From: an uncultured delta proteobacterium
GTDB lineage: Bacteria; Desulfobacterota; Binatia; UBA9968
Length of the DNA: 64,000 nt
Direction: 5' to 3'
NCBI GenBank assembly: GCA_963816145.1
Contig: CAWFJP010000030.1
Coordinates: forward strand, 192,001 to 256,000
Shown here: positions 1 to 10,156 of the stretch, one piece after another
How the letters are laid out: every line of letters starts with the position of its first letter
How positions within the stretch are numbered: position 1 is the first letter of the stretch
Made by a program: the position numbers and the translations under genes
The notes under the pieces: model-generated
Told to the model about the DNA's origin: nothing
What the model saw: only the letters and a program-made list of their open reading frames with translations
Databases searched by the model: none

Positions 1-203
1 CGCTCGGCTTGTTCGATGGTCAGTTGCGTGCCTTCGATATGCGTCGTGTGGTGTGCTTCCAAAAGCAACGCGCGTTGACTCATGCGCCGCACCCACGCCT
101 CCGACAGCGTCGCCGCCTCCAAAAACCCGCGCGCCCGCTCGATCGTCGTCAGCCCGGCGGTGATGGCGTTGGTAATCGTGAAGCGCGGAGCGAACGCCGT
201 CAT
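1..203 (-). CDS. Fic family protein, N-terminal part (runs off window)
   Basis: Manual translation from ATG 203: [67 protein letters not shown]; the TxIEG..LT pattern is typical of Fic N-termini; starts 1 nt after hsdS stop; not in ORF track. Confidence 0.75.
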   Translation of the reverse strand, partial: MTAFAPRFTITNAITAGLTTIERARGFLEAATLSEAWVRRMSQRALLLEAHHTTHIEGTQLTIEQAE

Positions 204-204
204 T

Positions 205-1471
205 TTATAGCTCCCCTCGAAAAGCACGGTGCTGTAGCGAGGCGAAGAGCGCGTCCAGCTCCGCCAGCGACGCGCGCTGCGCCGTCTTCAGCTTCTCCAC
301 GGCTCGAACTCGACGGGCAGAATTCGCGCTGCAACTCGATGGGGGGAATGGAACATGGTCGTCGTATCTGCTCGAAGTTCAAGCCCGGTTTGGTTTACGG
401 CCGTATTGGGCTTTTGCAACCTCTGTCGCATGTCCTCCTGCTCTCAAGAGCTCAGGAAGAACGAAAGGAAACTCGGTTCGATGCGCGTTTGAATCCACGC
501 GGAGCAATGGACGACGTGCTGACGATGAAAGAACCTTCGGGCAGATCACTCGGCACGGGTGCAACGCGACCGAATTCGTGTAGTCGCGTAATCGTGAGCG
601 AGAACGTCGCCGGCTTGTCGCACTTCTCTGTTCGCTGCGCCTCGGCGTTAGTCACGGCGCGGCAACTTCGATAAGCGACGGTCATCACGGTGACAGCGCT
701 AAGATGTTGATGCATCTGAACATCGATGATGATGGCGTATGATCACCTGCTTCCTGTCCGAAGCGAAGACTTCGCCCAACCTCTGACCTCGCTTGAGACA
801 AACAACAAGTGCTCGCGAAGCGACTGAACCGGCCAAGCCTCTTCGGATTGGTGGATGGGTCGCCGAAGAGTTCGAGGAAGAGGGATTGGGTGAGGGAGTC
901 GAGTTGGGCGAGGGCGGCGCGGCGCTTGGCCCGCAACGCCTCCGCCCGGTCCAGCACCTCCGCAATCCGACGCTGCTCCGCCAGGCGGCGAGGAACATGA
1001 AGTCATGAATCGGCACTGCAGTTCCATTGCGCCGTTGACCGAGATATCGTCCTGGTCGCGTCGGTCATGGCGTGACGGGTCAAGCTTCGTCAGCGACTCG
1101 CATTCGCGAGATTCTGATACGCTGGTTCGCGTGCGCGACAAAACGGCGACGTTCCGACAGGTCCAGATATTCGCCGCGTCAATTAACCTTCATCTCCGGC
1201 ATTGCCGAGGCTAGCCTGTGCGATTGCGCCCGGCAGACGGTGCGCGCGTCTCGGCACGACGTAGCTTTCGCATTGAGCGAGATTGTATCGAGCCCTGCGC
1301 GGCTCTGTCGGCTTGGCACACGGTAAGTCTTTGTGCCTGCGCGCGAGTCATTTCTCCGATTACGGAGCCTTTGGCTCACGCGAGGAACGCTCCGCCGCTT
1401 CGGGCTTGTCGCCCGAGTGAAGCACATCGGCGATGAAACTGCTACATCGTTAGGCGTGGACAGCGCGTCAC
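205..1471 (-). pseudogene. hsdS: Type I restriction-modification specificity subunit, multiply frameshifted
   Basis: Fragments [30 protein letters not shown] (central conserved region), IPPIELQREF, and C-terminal [32 protein letters not shown] (stop 205-207) lie in different frames. Confidence 0.85.
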
Positions 1472-3027
1472 CTGCAGCATCCCCTCCAGTTCCTTCATCC
1501 CCTGCTGAATCTCCGCTTCCAGTTTGCCGAGGCTGGCGAGGAATTTCGCCCGGCGGGCGGTGCGCGACTTCTTCGTGGACGACTTCCTTGTAGCGGTTGA
1601 GCGAGAGATCGTAGCCCTGCGCGGCGATGTCGGCCTTGGGCACACAGAAGCTTTGCGCGGTGCGCGAGCCGGCTCATCTCTTGCGTTTGGATTTTGCGTC
1701 TGCGGGGCGCTGGATTTGGATGTCGTCGAGCGCGAAGTTGTCGGGGAGATTATTTTGCGCGTTCGTCGGCGCTGAGCGCGACTTGGAACCGGGCCGAGTT
1801 TTTCTTCCGGCAACAGCGGCGTGCGTTTGTCGTCGAGGGACAGGCCGTCGGCGTCTACGTCGTAGAACCAGACATGATCCGTGCCACCGGAGTTGGTCTT
1901 GGTGAAAAGGAGAATCGCGGTGGAGACGCCGGCGTAGGGCTTGAAACACCGCCCGGCAGCGAGATGACCGCGTCGAGTTTCTGTTCTTCGACAAGTATCT
2001 TGCGCAGCGTCTTGTGCGCGTTGGACGAGCCGAAGAGCACGCCGTCGGGGACGATGACGGCGGCGCGTCCGCCGGGCTTGAGCAGGCGCAGGAAGAGGGC
2101 GAGGAAGAGCAGTTCGGTTTTCTTCGTCTTCACGATCTGCAGCAGATCCTTGGCGAGTTCTCGTAGTCGAGCGATCCGGCGAACGGGGAGGTTGGCGGGA
2201 CCAGCGTGTATTTCTCCTCCTCGCCGGCGTGGTCCTGCGCCAGCGAGTCGCGGTAGCGGATGTCGGGGTCTCCACGCCGTGCAACAGCATGTTCATGCTG
2301 CCGATGCGCAGCATGGTGTTGTCGAAGTCGAAGCCTGGAAAAAGCCATGATGAAAGTGCGCATCAGCTTCGGGTCGCGAAAAATCTCCGGGTGCTGGCGC
2401 AGATACTCGCCGACCGCCACAAGAAAGCCGCAAGTGCCGCAGGCCGGATCGCACATAATGTCCGTGGGCCAGGCCGGACGATTTCGACCATTAGCGAATA
2501 ATGTGACGCGGCTGCGGAACTGGCCGTTTTGACCGGCGCTGGCGATCTTGGCGAGCATGTACTCGTAGAGGTCGCCCTTGGTGTCGCGCTCCTCCATCGG
2601 CACCTTGTCGATCATGTCGACGACCCGCGCCAGCAGTCCGGGATGTGGAATGGTGAAGCGCGCGTCCTTCATGTGATGCGCGTAGGTCGACTCATCGCCG
2701 CCTAAGTTGCGCAGAAACGGAAACACATGCTCGCCCACCACTGCGTACATGTCGGGGGGCGAAATGCTTGAAGTGCGACCAGCGATAGTCCGCGTAGGGA
2801 CGCGGCGAGCGCGGATGATCGTCATCGCCTTCGGGAAACAAGCGCCGCTCGATGGGCGCCTTCAGCCTTGTGGCTTTCAACTCTTCGAGCGTCTGCAGCT
2901 CATCGAGCCGCTTGATGAACAGCAGGTAGGTAATCTGCTCGATCACTTCCAGCGGATTGGAAATCCCGCCGGACCAGAAGGCATTCCAGATTTGATCGAT
3001 TTGGCTGCGAATCTCGTTGGTCAGCAT
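1468..3027 (-). pseudogene. hsdM: Type I RM N6-adenine methyltransferase, multiply frameshifted (decay or read error)
   Basis: MLTNEIRSQIDQIWNAFWSGGISNPLEVIEQITYLLF, DPACGTCGFL, broken NPPF (..[10 protein letters not shown]), [33 protein letters not shown] spread over five or more frames. Confidence 0.9.
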
Positions 3028-3091
3028 AAGTCTACAGACGACCTCCGCTCCTTCCCTTCGCTGAAGGCAGGCGGCGAGGTTCGCGCTCTCG

Positions 3092-4099
3092 CTACTTCAT
3101 GCCGAGATTTTTTAGAAAGCCAGACTTAGTTAAGGCATCGACGAAGGAGTTGTCGTAAAAATCCTTCGGATCGGCGCTCTTCACCTTGGGAAATTCCTTT
3201 TCGTCGATATATTCGAATTGGCCGCGGATCGCTTCCGGCCGCACCGCGAGACTCATCGCCCAGTACGGTGCAAACGCATCATAGGTGCCGTCGATGGTCG
3301 GCGCGTCGTCGATCTTGGCGTATTTGCCGATGGCTTTCTTGGCCACCGCCGGGTCTTGGCGCGACAGCACCACGCCTTCGGCGATCGCTTTCAAGAAGGC
3401 GTACACCGTGTTGGGGTTATTTTTTAAATATTTTTCCGTGGCACCGTAGGTCACTTGAAACGCCGGGATATTGAGCTTGCCGACATCGACCAGCAAATTA
3501 AGTCCCGACTCTTTAGCCTTGATGGTGTTGGGCGCCGACAGCGTGCCGGCGGCGGTCTTGCCGCCAAGAATTGAACTCAAGATCGCCGGCACCGACTGCA
3601 CGTAGAGGATCTGCACGTCCTTGTCCGGGACCAGGCCGTTTTTCTTGAGCGCCTCCCGCGTAGCCGTATCGAGAGCAGCGCGCGGTGTGCTCGCCGCCAC
3701 CGCTTTGCCTTTTAAGTCTTGAATGGTCTTGATCTCCTTGGCGCCCCAAATTTGAAACACTAGCTGTTGCATCGTGCCGCCAAAATATTTCACCTGCCCG
3801 CCATGCAAGCGCGCGTTGATCAGATCCGGTCCGTCGGTGTAAAAGTCCGCTTCCTCGGAGATGACCGCCTGAGCCGACACCTGCGGCGTTAACAGCTGCA
3901 AGCTGGCATTCAAGCCATACTTCTTGAACAGCCCGGCTTCATAGGCTACCCAAATTGGCGTGAACGCGCCGCTAGGCTGCGCGTAGGTGACAACCACATC
4001 GGACTTCTCTGGCTTACCGCCGGGTTCGGCCGCGCGCGCTAACTGGACTAAACCAAACATCAAAACCGTGCTAGATACGATCGCGTGCAGAAATTTCAT
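3092..4099 (-). CDS. ABC-type substrate-binding protein, NMT1/SsuA/THI5-like
   Basis: Signal peptide, AGLFKKYGL, DLKGK, DNSFVDAL..SGF; clear paralog of 59327..60361. Confidence 0.85.
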   Translation of the reverse strand: MKFLHAIVSSTVLMFGLVQLARAAEPGGKPEKSDVVVTYAQPSGAFTPIWVAYEAGLFKKYGLNASLQLLTPQVSAQAVISEEADFYTDGPDLINARLHGGQVKYFGGTMQQLVFQIWGAKEIKTIQDLKGKAVAASTPRAALDTATREALKKNGLVPDKDVQILYVQSVPAILSSILGGKTAAGTLSAPNTIKAKESGLNLLVDVGKLNIPAFQVTYGATEKYLKNNPNTVYAFLKAIAEGVVLSRQDPAVAKKAIGKYAKIDDAPTIDGTYDAFAPYWAMSLAVRPEAIRGQFEYIDEKEFPKVKSADPKDFYDNSFVDALTKSGFLKNLGMK

Positions 4100-4124
4100 A
4101 CCATTCCCTCGCCTATTTGAACTC

Positions 4125-4160
4125 TCCGAAACTGATCACTGACAACTAGCCACTAAGCAC
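4125..4160. repeat. Degenerate 7-mer tandem (ACTGATC/ACTGACA/ACTAGCC/ACTAAGC) preceded by TCCGAA
   Basis: tccgaa actgatc actgaca actagcc actaagc ac. Confidence 0.55.
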
Positions 4161-4166
4161 GATCCT

Positions 4167-5894
4167 CTATTTTGCCTGCCGCACATCGGCGATCTTCAAC
4201 TCGACGCTGGTGTTGCCGTTCCACTGGTTTTCCGTCAACCGGTAGGCGACGTCAAGAGTCTCACCGGGCCGGCCGGGGTAGTCGTCGCCGACGCCGAAGA
4301 TGACGCCGCTGACGATCTTGCCCCCGTGGCGCAAGCGCAGCCGTACACCGGCGGAAAAAACCTTGCGCTCGCAAACCTCGGCGCCGAACGTCGCGAACAG
4401 CGGTTCCGGATTGCCGACGCCGAAGGGTTGCATAACTTCCAGTTCGCGCATCAACGGCAAAGATAATTGCGAGAAATCCAACTGCGCATCGATCTCCAAG
4501 AGCGGCGAAAGTTGCTCGGCGGAAAGAGTGTGCCGTGCCGCCGCTTCGAAAGCCTCGGTGAACGGCGCCAATTGCTCCGGGCGCATCGACAAGCCGCCGG
4601 CGAACTCATGACCGCCGAACTTTTCCAAATGTTCGGCGCAGCCGCGGAACGCCTCGACCATGTGAAAGCCGCGGATGCTGCGCGCCGAGCCTTTGCCGAC
4701 GCCGTCGTTGAATCCAATCACCACTGTCGGCCGATAAAAACGCTCGACCACGCGCGACGCGACGATGCCGAGCACACCGGGATGCCAACCCTCGCCGGCC
4801 AGGACCAAAGAATGGCGGTCGCCGCCAGCAACCGCCGCTTCTGCCTGCGCCAGGGCATGCAGCTGCACCTGCGCTTCGATGGCACGCCGTTCGAGATTAT
4901 GTTCTTCCAATTCCTGGGCGATGCGCTGCGCGGTTTCGCTGGAGTCCGTCGTCAAGAGTTCGACGACTTTGATGCCGTAATCGACCCTGCCGGCGGCATT
5001 GATGCGCGGTCCCAAGCGAAATCCCACTTGCCCAGCGCTGACTTCGCCATCGCCAATCCCGGCGACACGTTTGAGTGCCACCACGCCGGGCCGTGTCGAA
5101 GTAGCCAGCTCACTGAGCCCACGTTTGATCAACGTCCGATTGACGCCCTTGAGCGGCACCATATCGGCGATGGTGCCAAGCGTGACGATGTCGAGGAAAT
5201 GGCGGATATCCGGAGCGGCGCCGTTCTTGAACCAGCCGGCCTCACGCAGCTTGGCGCGCAAACCGATTACCAAGTAGAAGGCCAGCCCAGCGGCGCACAT
5301 GCCTTTGTCCGGGAAAGTACAGTCCTTGCGATGGGGATTTACCACCGCCACCGCCGGCGGCAGTTCGTCGGGCGGCTGGTGATGATCGATGACGACGAGA
5401 TCGAGCCCGAAGTCGTTCGCCGCGGCGACTTCTTTGGCATTGGAGATGCCGCAATCGACGGTGACAACAAGCCGGGCGCCGCGTTCTTGAAGCCGCTTCA
5501 GCCCTTCGACATTAAGGCCGTACCCCTCTTCGATGCGATGCGGCACATGATAGATCGGCTTGGCGCCAACCTCGCGCAAAAACGACACCAACACCGACGC
5601 GCCGGTGGTGCCGTCGACATCGTAGTCGCCCCAGATGCCGATCTGTTCCTGGTTGCGCACGGCATCGACGATACGACGTACGGCCGCGTCCATATCCGCC
5701 ATCTCAAAGGGCGATGGTAAATCCGAGCGTAAACTCGATGACAGGTAGCAGCGGGTCGCGTCGTTGTCGGTAAAGCCGCGCAGGGTCAGGATGCGCGCGA
5801 TCAGCGGTGAGAGATTAAGTTCTTCGGCGAAGCGATCGGCGGTCGCTTGGTCGACCGGTTTCAGTCGCCAACGCTTGGCGTGATCATGGGGCAT
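4167..5894 (-). CDS. recJ: ssDNA-specific exonuclease RecJ
   Basis: GDYDVDG, TVDCGI, DHH, GPRINAAGR, GSARS, FGGH, PFGxGNPEP motifs. Confidence 0.97.
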   Translation of the reverse strand: MPHDHAKRWRLKPVDQATADRFAEELNLSPLIARILTLRGFTDNDATRCYLSSSLRSDLPSPFEMADMDAAVRRIVDAVRNQEQIGIWGDYDVDGTTGASVLVSFLREVGAKPIYHVPHRIEEGYGLNVEGLKRLQERGARLVVTVDCGISNAKEVAAANDFGLDLVVIDHHQPPDELPPAVAVVNPHRKDCTFPDKGMCAAGLAFYLVIGLRAKLREAGWFKNGAAPDIRHFLDIVTLGTIADMVPLKGVNRTLIKRGLSELATSTRPGVVALKRVAGIGDGEVSAGQVGFRLGPRINAAGRVDYGIKVVELLTTDSSETAQRIAQELEEHNLERRAIEAQVQLHALAQAEAAVAGGDRHSLVLAGEGWHPGVLGIVASRVVERFYRPTVVIGFNDGVGKGSARSIRGFHMVEAFRGCAEHLEKFGGHEFAGGLSMRPEQLAPFTEAFEAAARHTLSAEQLSPLLEIDAQLDFSQLSLPLMRELEVMQPFGVGNPEPLFATFGAEVCERKVFSAGVRLRLRHGGKIVSGVIFGVGDDYPGRPGETLDVAYRLTENQWNGNTSVELKIADVRQAK

Positions 5895-5926
5895 GGGAGA
5901 TTACCAATACGAGGAAAGACCCGATC

Positions 5927-5999
5927 TCACCACGAAGATCACGAAGGTTTCGGAAGATTAAATCTCCAAACTTCGTGATCTTCGTGTCCTTCGTGGTGA
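5927..5999. repeat. 9-mer-based palindrome (CACGAAG arms / CTTCGTG arms)
   Basis: tcaccacgaagatcacgaagg-ttcgga...cttcgtgatcttcgtgtccttcgtggtga; related copies at 33066, 54222, 55516. Confidence 0.8.
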
Positions 6000-6042
6000 A
6001 ACTATTCTTTTATGACTTGGCTGCGGCGACACAACAAACCGC

Positions 6043-6966
6043 CTACTTCTTAAAGGACTTATCCCACAAAAGAATGACCGGGCTGGCGATAAAAATCGTC
6101 GAATAGACGCCCGAGGTGAAGCCCACCAAAAGCGCGAATGCGAAGGGCCGGATCACCGCGCCGCCGAGCAGATAGAGCGCCAACAACACCAGCAATGCCG
6201 TGCCGGTGGTCAGAATCGTCCGGCTTAGGGTTTCGTTAATGCTGGTATTGATGATGTTTTCCAAACTTTCGCGGCGGACTTTGCGCAGATTCTCGCGGAT
6301 ACGATCGCAAATAACCACGGTGTCGTTGACCGAGAAACCGACGATGGTGAGCAGCGCCGCCACCACCGTCAGATCGAATTCGTAGTTCGCCAGCATCAAG
6401 GCGCCGACGGTTACCAGCACGTCATGGATCAACGCGATCACCGCGCCGACGCCAAAATGCAGACCGAACCGCGCGCCGAAAGCCGAGGCGAAGCGAATCC
6501 AAATGTACACCCCCATCATCACCGTCGAAGCGATGACCGACCAGGTGCCGCGCCAACGCAGATCCTCGCCGATTTTCGGACCGACATATTCGATCCGGCG
6601 GATCTCGAATTTGTCGGCGCCGAATTTCGCGCCGAGCCCCTTTTTCAACTGATCGCCCAGGGCCGTCACTTTCACCCCGGCCTTTTCGACGCGCACGAGA
6701 AATTCGTTGGCGCCTTCCTGACCGAAATCTTGAATCGTGCTGCCGCCCATTTGGATCGTCTCCAAGGCTTGGCGAATATCCGGGATCGTGGTCTTTTGTT
6801 GGAACTTCAACTGCACGATGGTGCCGCCGGCAAAGTCGACACCCATGGTCGGCCCTTTGAAAAACAGAAATGCCAGGACGATAACGTTGACCAAGGTCGA
6901 CAGAATGATCGCGATCTTGCGATAGTGGGTAAACGGAATTTTGGTTCCGGACCGAATGAGTTCCAT
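6043..6966 (-). CDS. secF: Protein translocase subunit SecF
   Basis: GVDFAGG, VGPKIG, HDV, GFSVNDTVVICDRIREN, TLSRTILT. Confidence 0.97.
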   Translation of the reverse strand: MELIRSGTKIPFTHYRKIAIILSTLVNVIVLAFLFFKGPTMGVDFAGGTIVQLKFQQKTTIPDIRQALETIQMGGSTIQDFGQEGANEFLVRVEKAGVKVTALGDQLKKGLGAKFGADKFEIRRIEYVGPKIGEDLRWRGTWSVIASTVMMGVYIWIRFASAFGARFGLHFGVGAVIALIHDVLVTVGALMLANYEFDLTVVAALLTIVGFSVNDTVVICDRIRENLRKVRRESLENIINTSINETLSRTILTTGTALLVLLALYLLGGAVIRPFAFALLVGFTSGVYSTIFIASPVILLWDKSFKK

Positions 6967-6975
6967 TGCTAGCCT

Positions 6976-8604
6976 CTAGATGCTGATTCGCTCAAGGCGC
7001 CGGGCGCCGATGCGGTAATCATAGTAAACACGCGTCAAGTAGACCGCGGTGATGATGGTAGTTAAGATGCCGACGCATAGGGTTACGGCAAAGCCCTTGA
7101 TAGGTCCGGTGCCGAATTGAAACAAGATCACTCCGGAAAGAAATGTCGTGATGTTGGAATCCAAGATGGCCGGCAAGGCGTTTTGATAGCCGGCCTCGAT
7201 GGCCGAACGCACCGCGCGCCCGGCGCGGATTTCCTCGCGAATGCGCTCGTTGATGAGCACGTTGGCATCCACCGCCATACCGATGGTCAAGACGATACCG
7301 GCAATGCCGGGAAGCGTAAGCACGGCCTGGAAACCGGCGAGGATCGCGACCATGAACAAGACGTTGAATAACAGCGCCACATCCGCCACCAAGCCTGCAC
7401 CCTTGTAGTAGGCAACCATGAACAGAATTACCAACGCGCCGCCGACGGCAAATGAGGTCAAACCCTGAGTAATCGAGTCGCGTCCCAGCGAAGGTCCCAC
7501 CGTGCGCTCTTCGACGATCTCCACCGGCGCCGGCAGCGCGCCGGCGCGCAGGACGATCGACAGATCGCGCGCTTCCTTGATATCGAAGCTGCCGGTGATC
7601 GAGGCGCGGCCGCCGCCGATCCGCTCTTGGATCACCGGCGCCGAGTAGACGTTGTTGTCGAGAACGATCGCCATGCGCCGCTTGACGTTGGCGGCGGTAA
7701 TCTGCTCAAAAAGCCGCGCCCCCTGATCATTGAGAATCAGCTCGACGTACGGGCCTTGCAGCTGTTGGCCGGGACGGACCTTGGCGTCTTGAATATATTC
7801 CCCGGTCATCAGCGTCCGTGCTTCCAAGACATAAGGAATCTTCGCCGTACTCGCCCCAGCGACACCTTTGCCGGCCTGGCCATACAACACCTGGCGCCCC
7901 GGCGGGGCGCCGTTCTTGACCGCCTCTTCCGGATTGACGTTGTCGTCGACCAGCTTGAACTCCAATAGCGCGGTCTTGCCGATGATATCCTTGGCCCGTT
8001 GCGGGTCTTGGATGCCGGGAAGTTGGACCAGAATATGATCGATTCCCTGGCGCTGAATCACCGGTTCGCTGACGCCGAACTGATCGATGCGATTACGGAT
8101 GGTTTCCAGCGATTGATCGACGATATAGTCGCGTAGCGCCCGCGTCTCTTCCCGGCTGAGCGTCATGTAAAATTCGGTGCCGGCGGCGCTCGTCTGGGGC
8201 GTCTTGGCTTCAACCAAGTTGCCGAAGTCGGCTTTGAGGATGCTGCGCACGCGCTCGACGCTGGCAGGTGCGACTTTGAGCTGCAGCTGTGTCCCTTCAA
8301 CGCGCTCCACCGAGACCCCCGATATACCCTTGTCGCGAAAACTGTTGGTGAGATCGACCTTCAAACGCTCCATGTGATTCTCGATCGCCTTGTCGAGCTT
8401 CACCTCGAGAACCAAATGGCTGCCGCCCTGCAGGTCAAGGCCCAGATGAATGACATCCGACGGCAAGAATCCGGGCCACCAGCCAGGCATTTCCGCTCTG
8501 CCAGTGCTGTCTCTTTTGCCGAGAAAGTTGGGCGCAAGAAAGAGCAACGACAACAGAGCCAGTACCGAGAAAGTTATGACTCGGGTAAGAACGCCCCGTC
8601 GCAT
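6976..8604 (-). CDS. secD: Protein translocase subunit SecD
   Basis: LGLDLQGG, RIDQFGVSEP, LRAGALPAP, TVGPSLG, GMAVDANVLI.ERIREE. Confidence 0.97.
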   Translation of the reverse strand: MRRGVLTRVITFSVLALLSLLFLAPNFLGKRDSTGRAEMPGWWPGFLPSDVIHLGLDLQGGSHLVLEVKLDKAIENHMERLKVDLTNSFRDKGISGVSVERVEGTQLQLKVAPASVERVRSILKADFGNLVEAKTPQTSAAGTEFYMTLSREETRALRDYIVDQSLETIRNRIDQFGVSEPVIQRQGIDHILVQLPGIQDPQRAKDIIGKTALLEFKLVDDNVNPEEAVKNGAPPGRQVLYGQAGKGVAGASTAKIPYVLEARTLMTGEYIQDAKVRPGQQLQGPYVELILNDQGARLFEQITAANVKRRMAIVLDNNVYSAPVIQERIGGGRASITGSFDIKEARDLSIVLRAGALPAPVEIVEERTVGPSLGRDSITQGLTSFAVGGALVILFMVAYYKGAGLVADVALLFNVLFMVAILAGFQAVLTLPGIAGIVLTIGMAVDANVLINERIREEIRAGRAVRSAIEAGYQNALPAILDSNITTFLSGVILFQFGTGPIKGFAVTLCVGILTTIITAVYLTRVYYDYRIGARRLERISI

Positions 8605-8608
8605 TCGA

Positions 8609-8944
8609 TTAATCCTTTCCGTCTTTAGCGGGTGACTTGTCGACGGTAGTAACGGCTGAAATCTGCGGACGATTCACGCGGATGCGCACGTTCGGCGCAA
8701 CTTCGAGGGTCACCACCTGATCTTTGAGTTCCGTCACCTTACCGTAAATTCCGCCGGAGGTCATCACTTCGTCGTTTCTTTTTAGTTTGTTGAGCATCTC
8801 CTGATGCTCTTTCTGCTTCTTCTGCTGCGGCCGAAAAACCATGAAATACATGATGACGAGAATAACGATGAACGGGAATATCGTCATCAACGGACCCGGC
8901 CCGCCGATGCCCGGCCCCGCCTGTGCATAAGCAAAATCGACCAT
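8609..8944 (-). CDS. yajC: Preprotein translocase subunit YajC
   Basis: YFMVFRPQQKKQKEH, VMTSGGIYG; ATG 8944 with GGAGGAG RBS; tgt-yajC-secD synteny. Confidence 0.95.
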   Translation of the reverse strand: MVDFAYAQAGPGIGGPGPLMTIFPFIVILVIMYFMVFRPQQKKQKEHQEMLNKLKRNDEVMTSGGIYGKVTELKDQVVTLEVAPNVRIRVNRPQISAVTTVDKSPAKDGKD

Positions 8945-8966
8945 GACTCCTCCTAAAAGGTTTTTT

Positions 8967-10076
8967 TTATGAAGCTTCGGCAAATTTGACGAGTTCAGCC
9001 CAAGGTTCCGGACGCCCGTCGCGAATCGCTTCCCGACACTTATCCATGAGGCGGTGGTAAAAGTAAAGATTGTGCAGCGAATTTAGCTGCGCCGACAGGA
9101 TCTCGCCGGCCATAAACAAATGGCGCAGATAAGCACGCGAGAAGTTTTTACAACTGTAACAGCCGCAAGTTTCATCGAGCGGGCGCGGATCGTCGGCAAA
9201 CTCGGCGCGCTTGATACTGACCTTGCCCTGCCAAGTAAACAGCGTGCCGTTGCGGCCGTTGCGGGTCGGGATCACACAGTCGAACATGTCGAAGCCGGCG
9301 CGCACGGCGTGAATAATATCCTGAGGGCGGCCGACGCCCATCAAATAGCGCGGCTTATTCTCGGGTAAAAACTGCACGGTGAAAGCACCGACGGAATTGA
9401 GCTTCTCCTCGCCCTCGCCCACCCCAAGGCCGCCGACGGCAAAGCCCTCGAAATTCAGCGCCGACAGTTCGTCTACACACCAGCGTCGTAAATCCTCGAA
9501 CATGCCGCCCTGAACGATACCGAACATCAATTGCTCCGGCCTGTTTCGGGCATTCAAGCAACGCTCGGCCCAGCGGATCGTCCGTTCCGTCGACTCGCGC
9601 ACGTAACTGCGCGCCGCGTCATGGGGAATGCACTCGTCAAAAACCATCGCGATGTCGCTGCCCAGGGCTTCCTGAATCTCCACCGCCTTTTCCGGTGTCA
9701 GCAAATGGGACGAGCCATCGATATGCGATTGAAAGCGCGCACCATCCTCGGTGATCTTGCGCATGGTTCCGAGACTGAAAACTTGATAACCGCCGCTGTC
9801 GGTCAAGATCGGCCCCGGCCAATTCATGAATCGATGCAGCCCGCCCAGCTTGCGTATCAGCTCATGCCCAGGGCGCAGATAAAGATGGTAAGTATTGCCG
9901 AGCAGGATCTGGCACCCGAGCTCATGTAAATCCCGCGGCAGCACCGCCTTCACCGTACCCTGCGTCCCTACCGGCATGAAGCAAGGGGTTTCGATCACAC
10001 CATGAGCCGTCGTCAAACGGCCGAGACGGGCTTTAGTAACAGTGTCCTTTTTGAGGAGAGTGAAATGATCAGCCAT
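8967..10076 (-). CDS. tgt: Queuine tRNA-ribosyltransferase
   Basis: TPCFMPVGT, GNTYHL, TDSGGYQVFSL, YLMGVG, CxCxxC Zn site. Confidence 0.97.
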   Translation of the reverse strand: MADHFTLLKKDTVTKARLGRLTTAHGVIETPCFMPVGTQGTVKAVLPRDLHELGCQILLGNTYHLYLRPGHELIRKLGGLHRFMNWPGPILTDSGGYQVFSLGTMRKITEDGARFQSHIDGSSHLLTPEKAVEIQEALGSDIAMVFDECIPHDAARSYVRESTERTIRWAERCLNARNRPEQLMFGIVQGGMFEDLRRWCVDELSALNFEGFAVGGLGVGEGEEKLNSVGAFTVQFLPENKPRYLMGVGRPQDIIHAVRAGFDMFDCVIPTRNGRNGTLFTWQGKVSIKRAEFADDPRPLDETCGCYSCKNFSRAYLRHLFMAGEILSAQLNSLHNLYFYHRLMDKCREAIRDGRPEPWAELVKFAEAS

Positions 10077-10083
10077 AAAAATC

Positions 10084-10154
10084 GGCATGAGGCGCGAGGC
10101 ATGAGGCGCGAGTAAGAATCCGGACTCATGCCTCGCGCCTCACGCCTCGTGCCT
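10084..10154. repeat. 7-mer-based palindrome (GAGGCAT/GAGGCGC arms) with central TCCGGA
   Basis: ggcatgaggcgcgaggcatgaggcgcgag-taagaatccgga-ctcatgcctcgcgcctcacgcctcgtgcct. Confidence 0.8.
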
Positions 10155-10156
10155 TC

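Noticed and set aside
9-674. 221-aa plus-strand ORF
   Set aside because: Antisense to the hsdS end and the Fic start, which explain the region.
4467-5720. 417-aa plus-strand ORF (also 12774..14075, 11240..12166, 20405..21196, 46683..47591)
   Set aside because: Antisense shadows of well-supported genes, common in GC-rich DNA.
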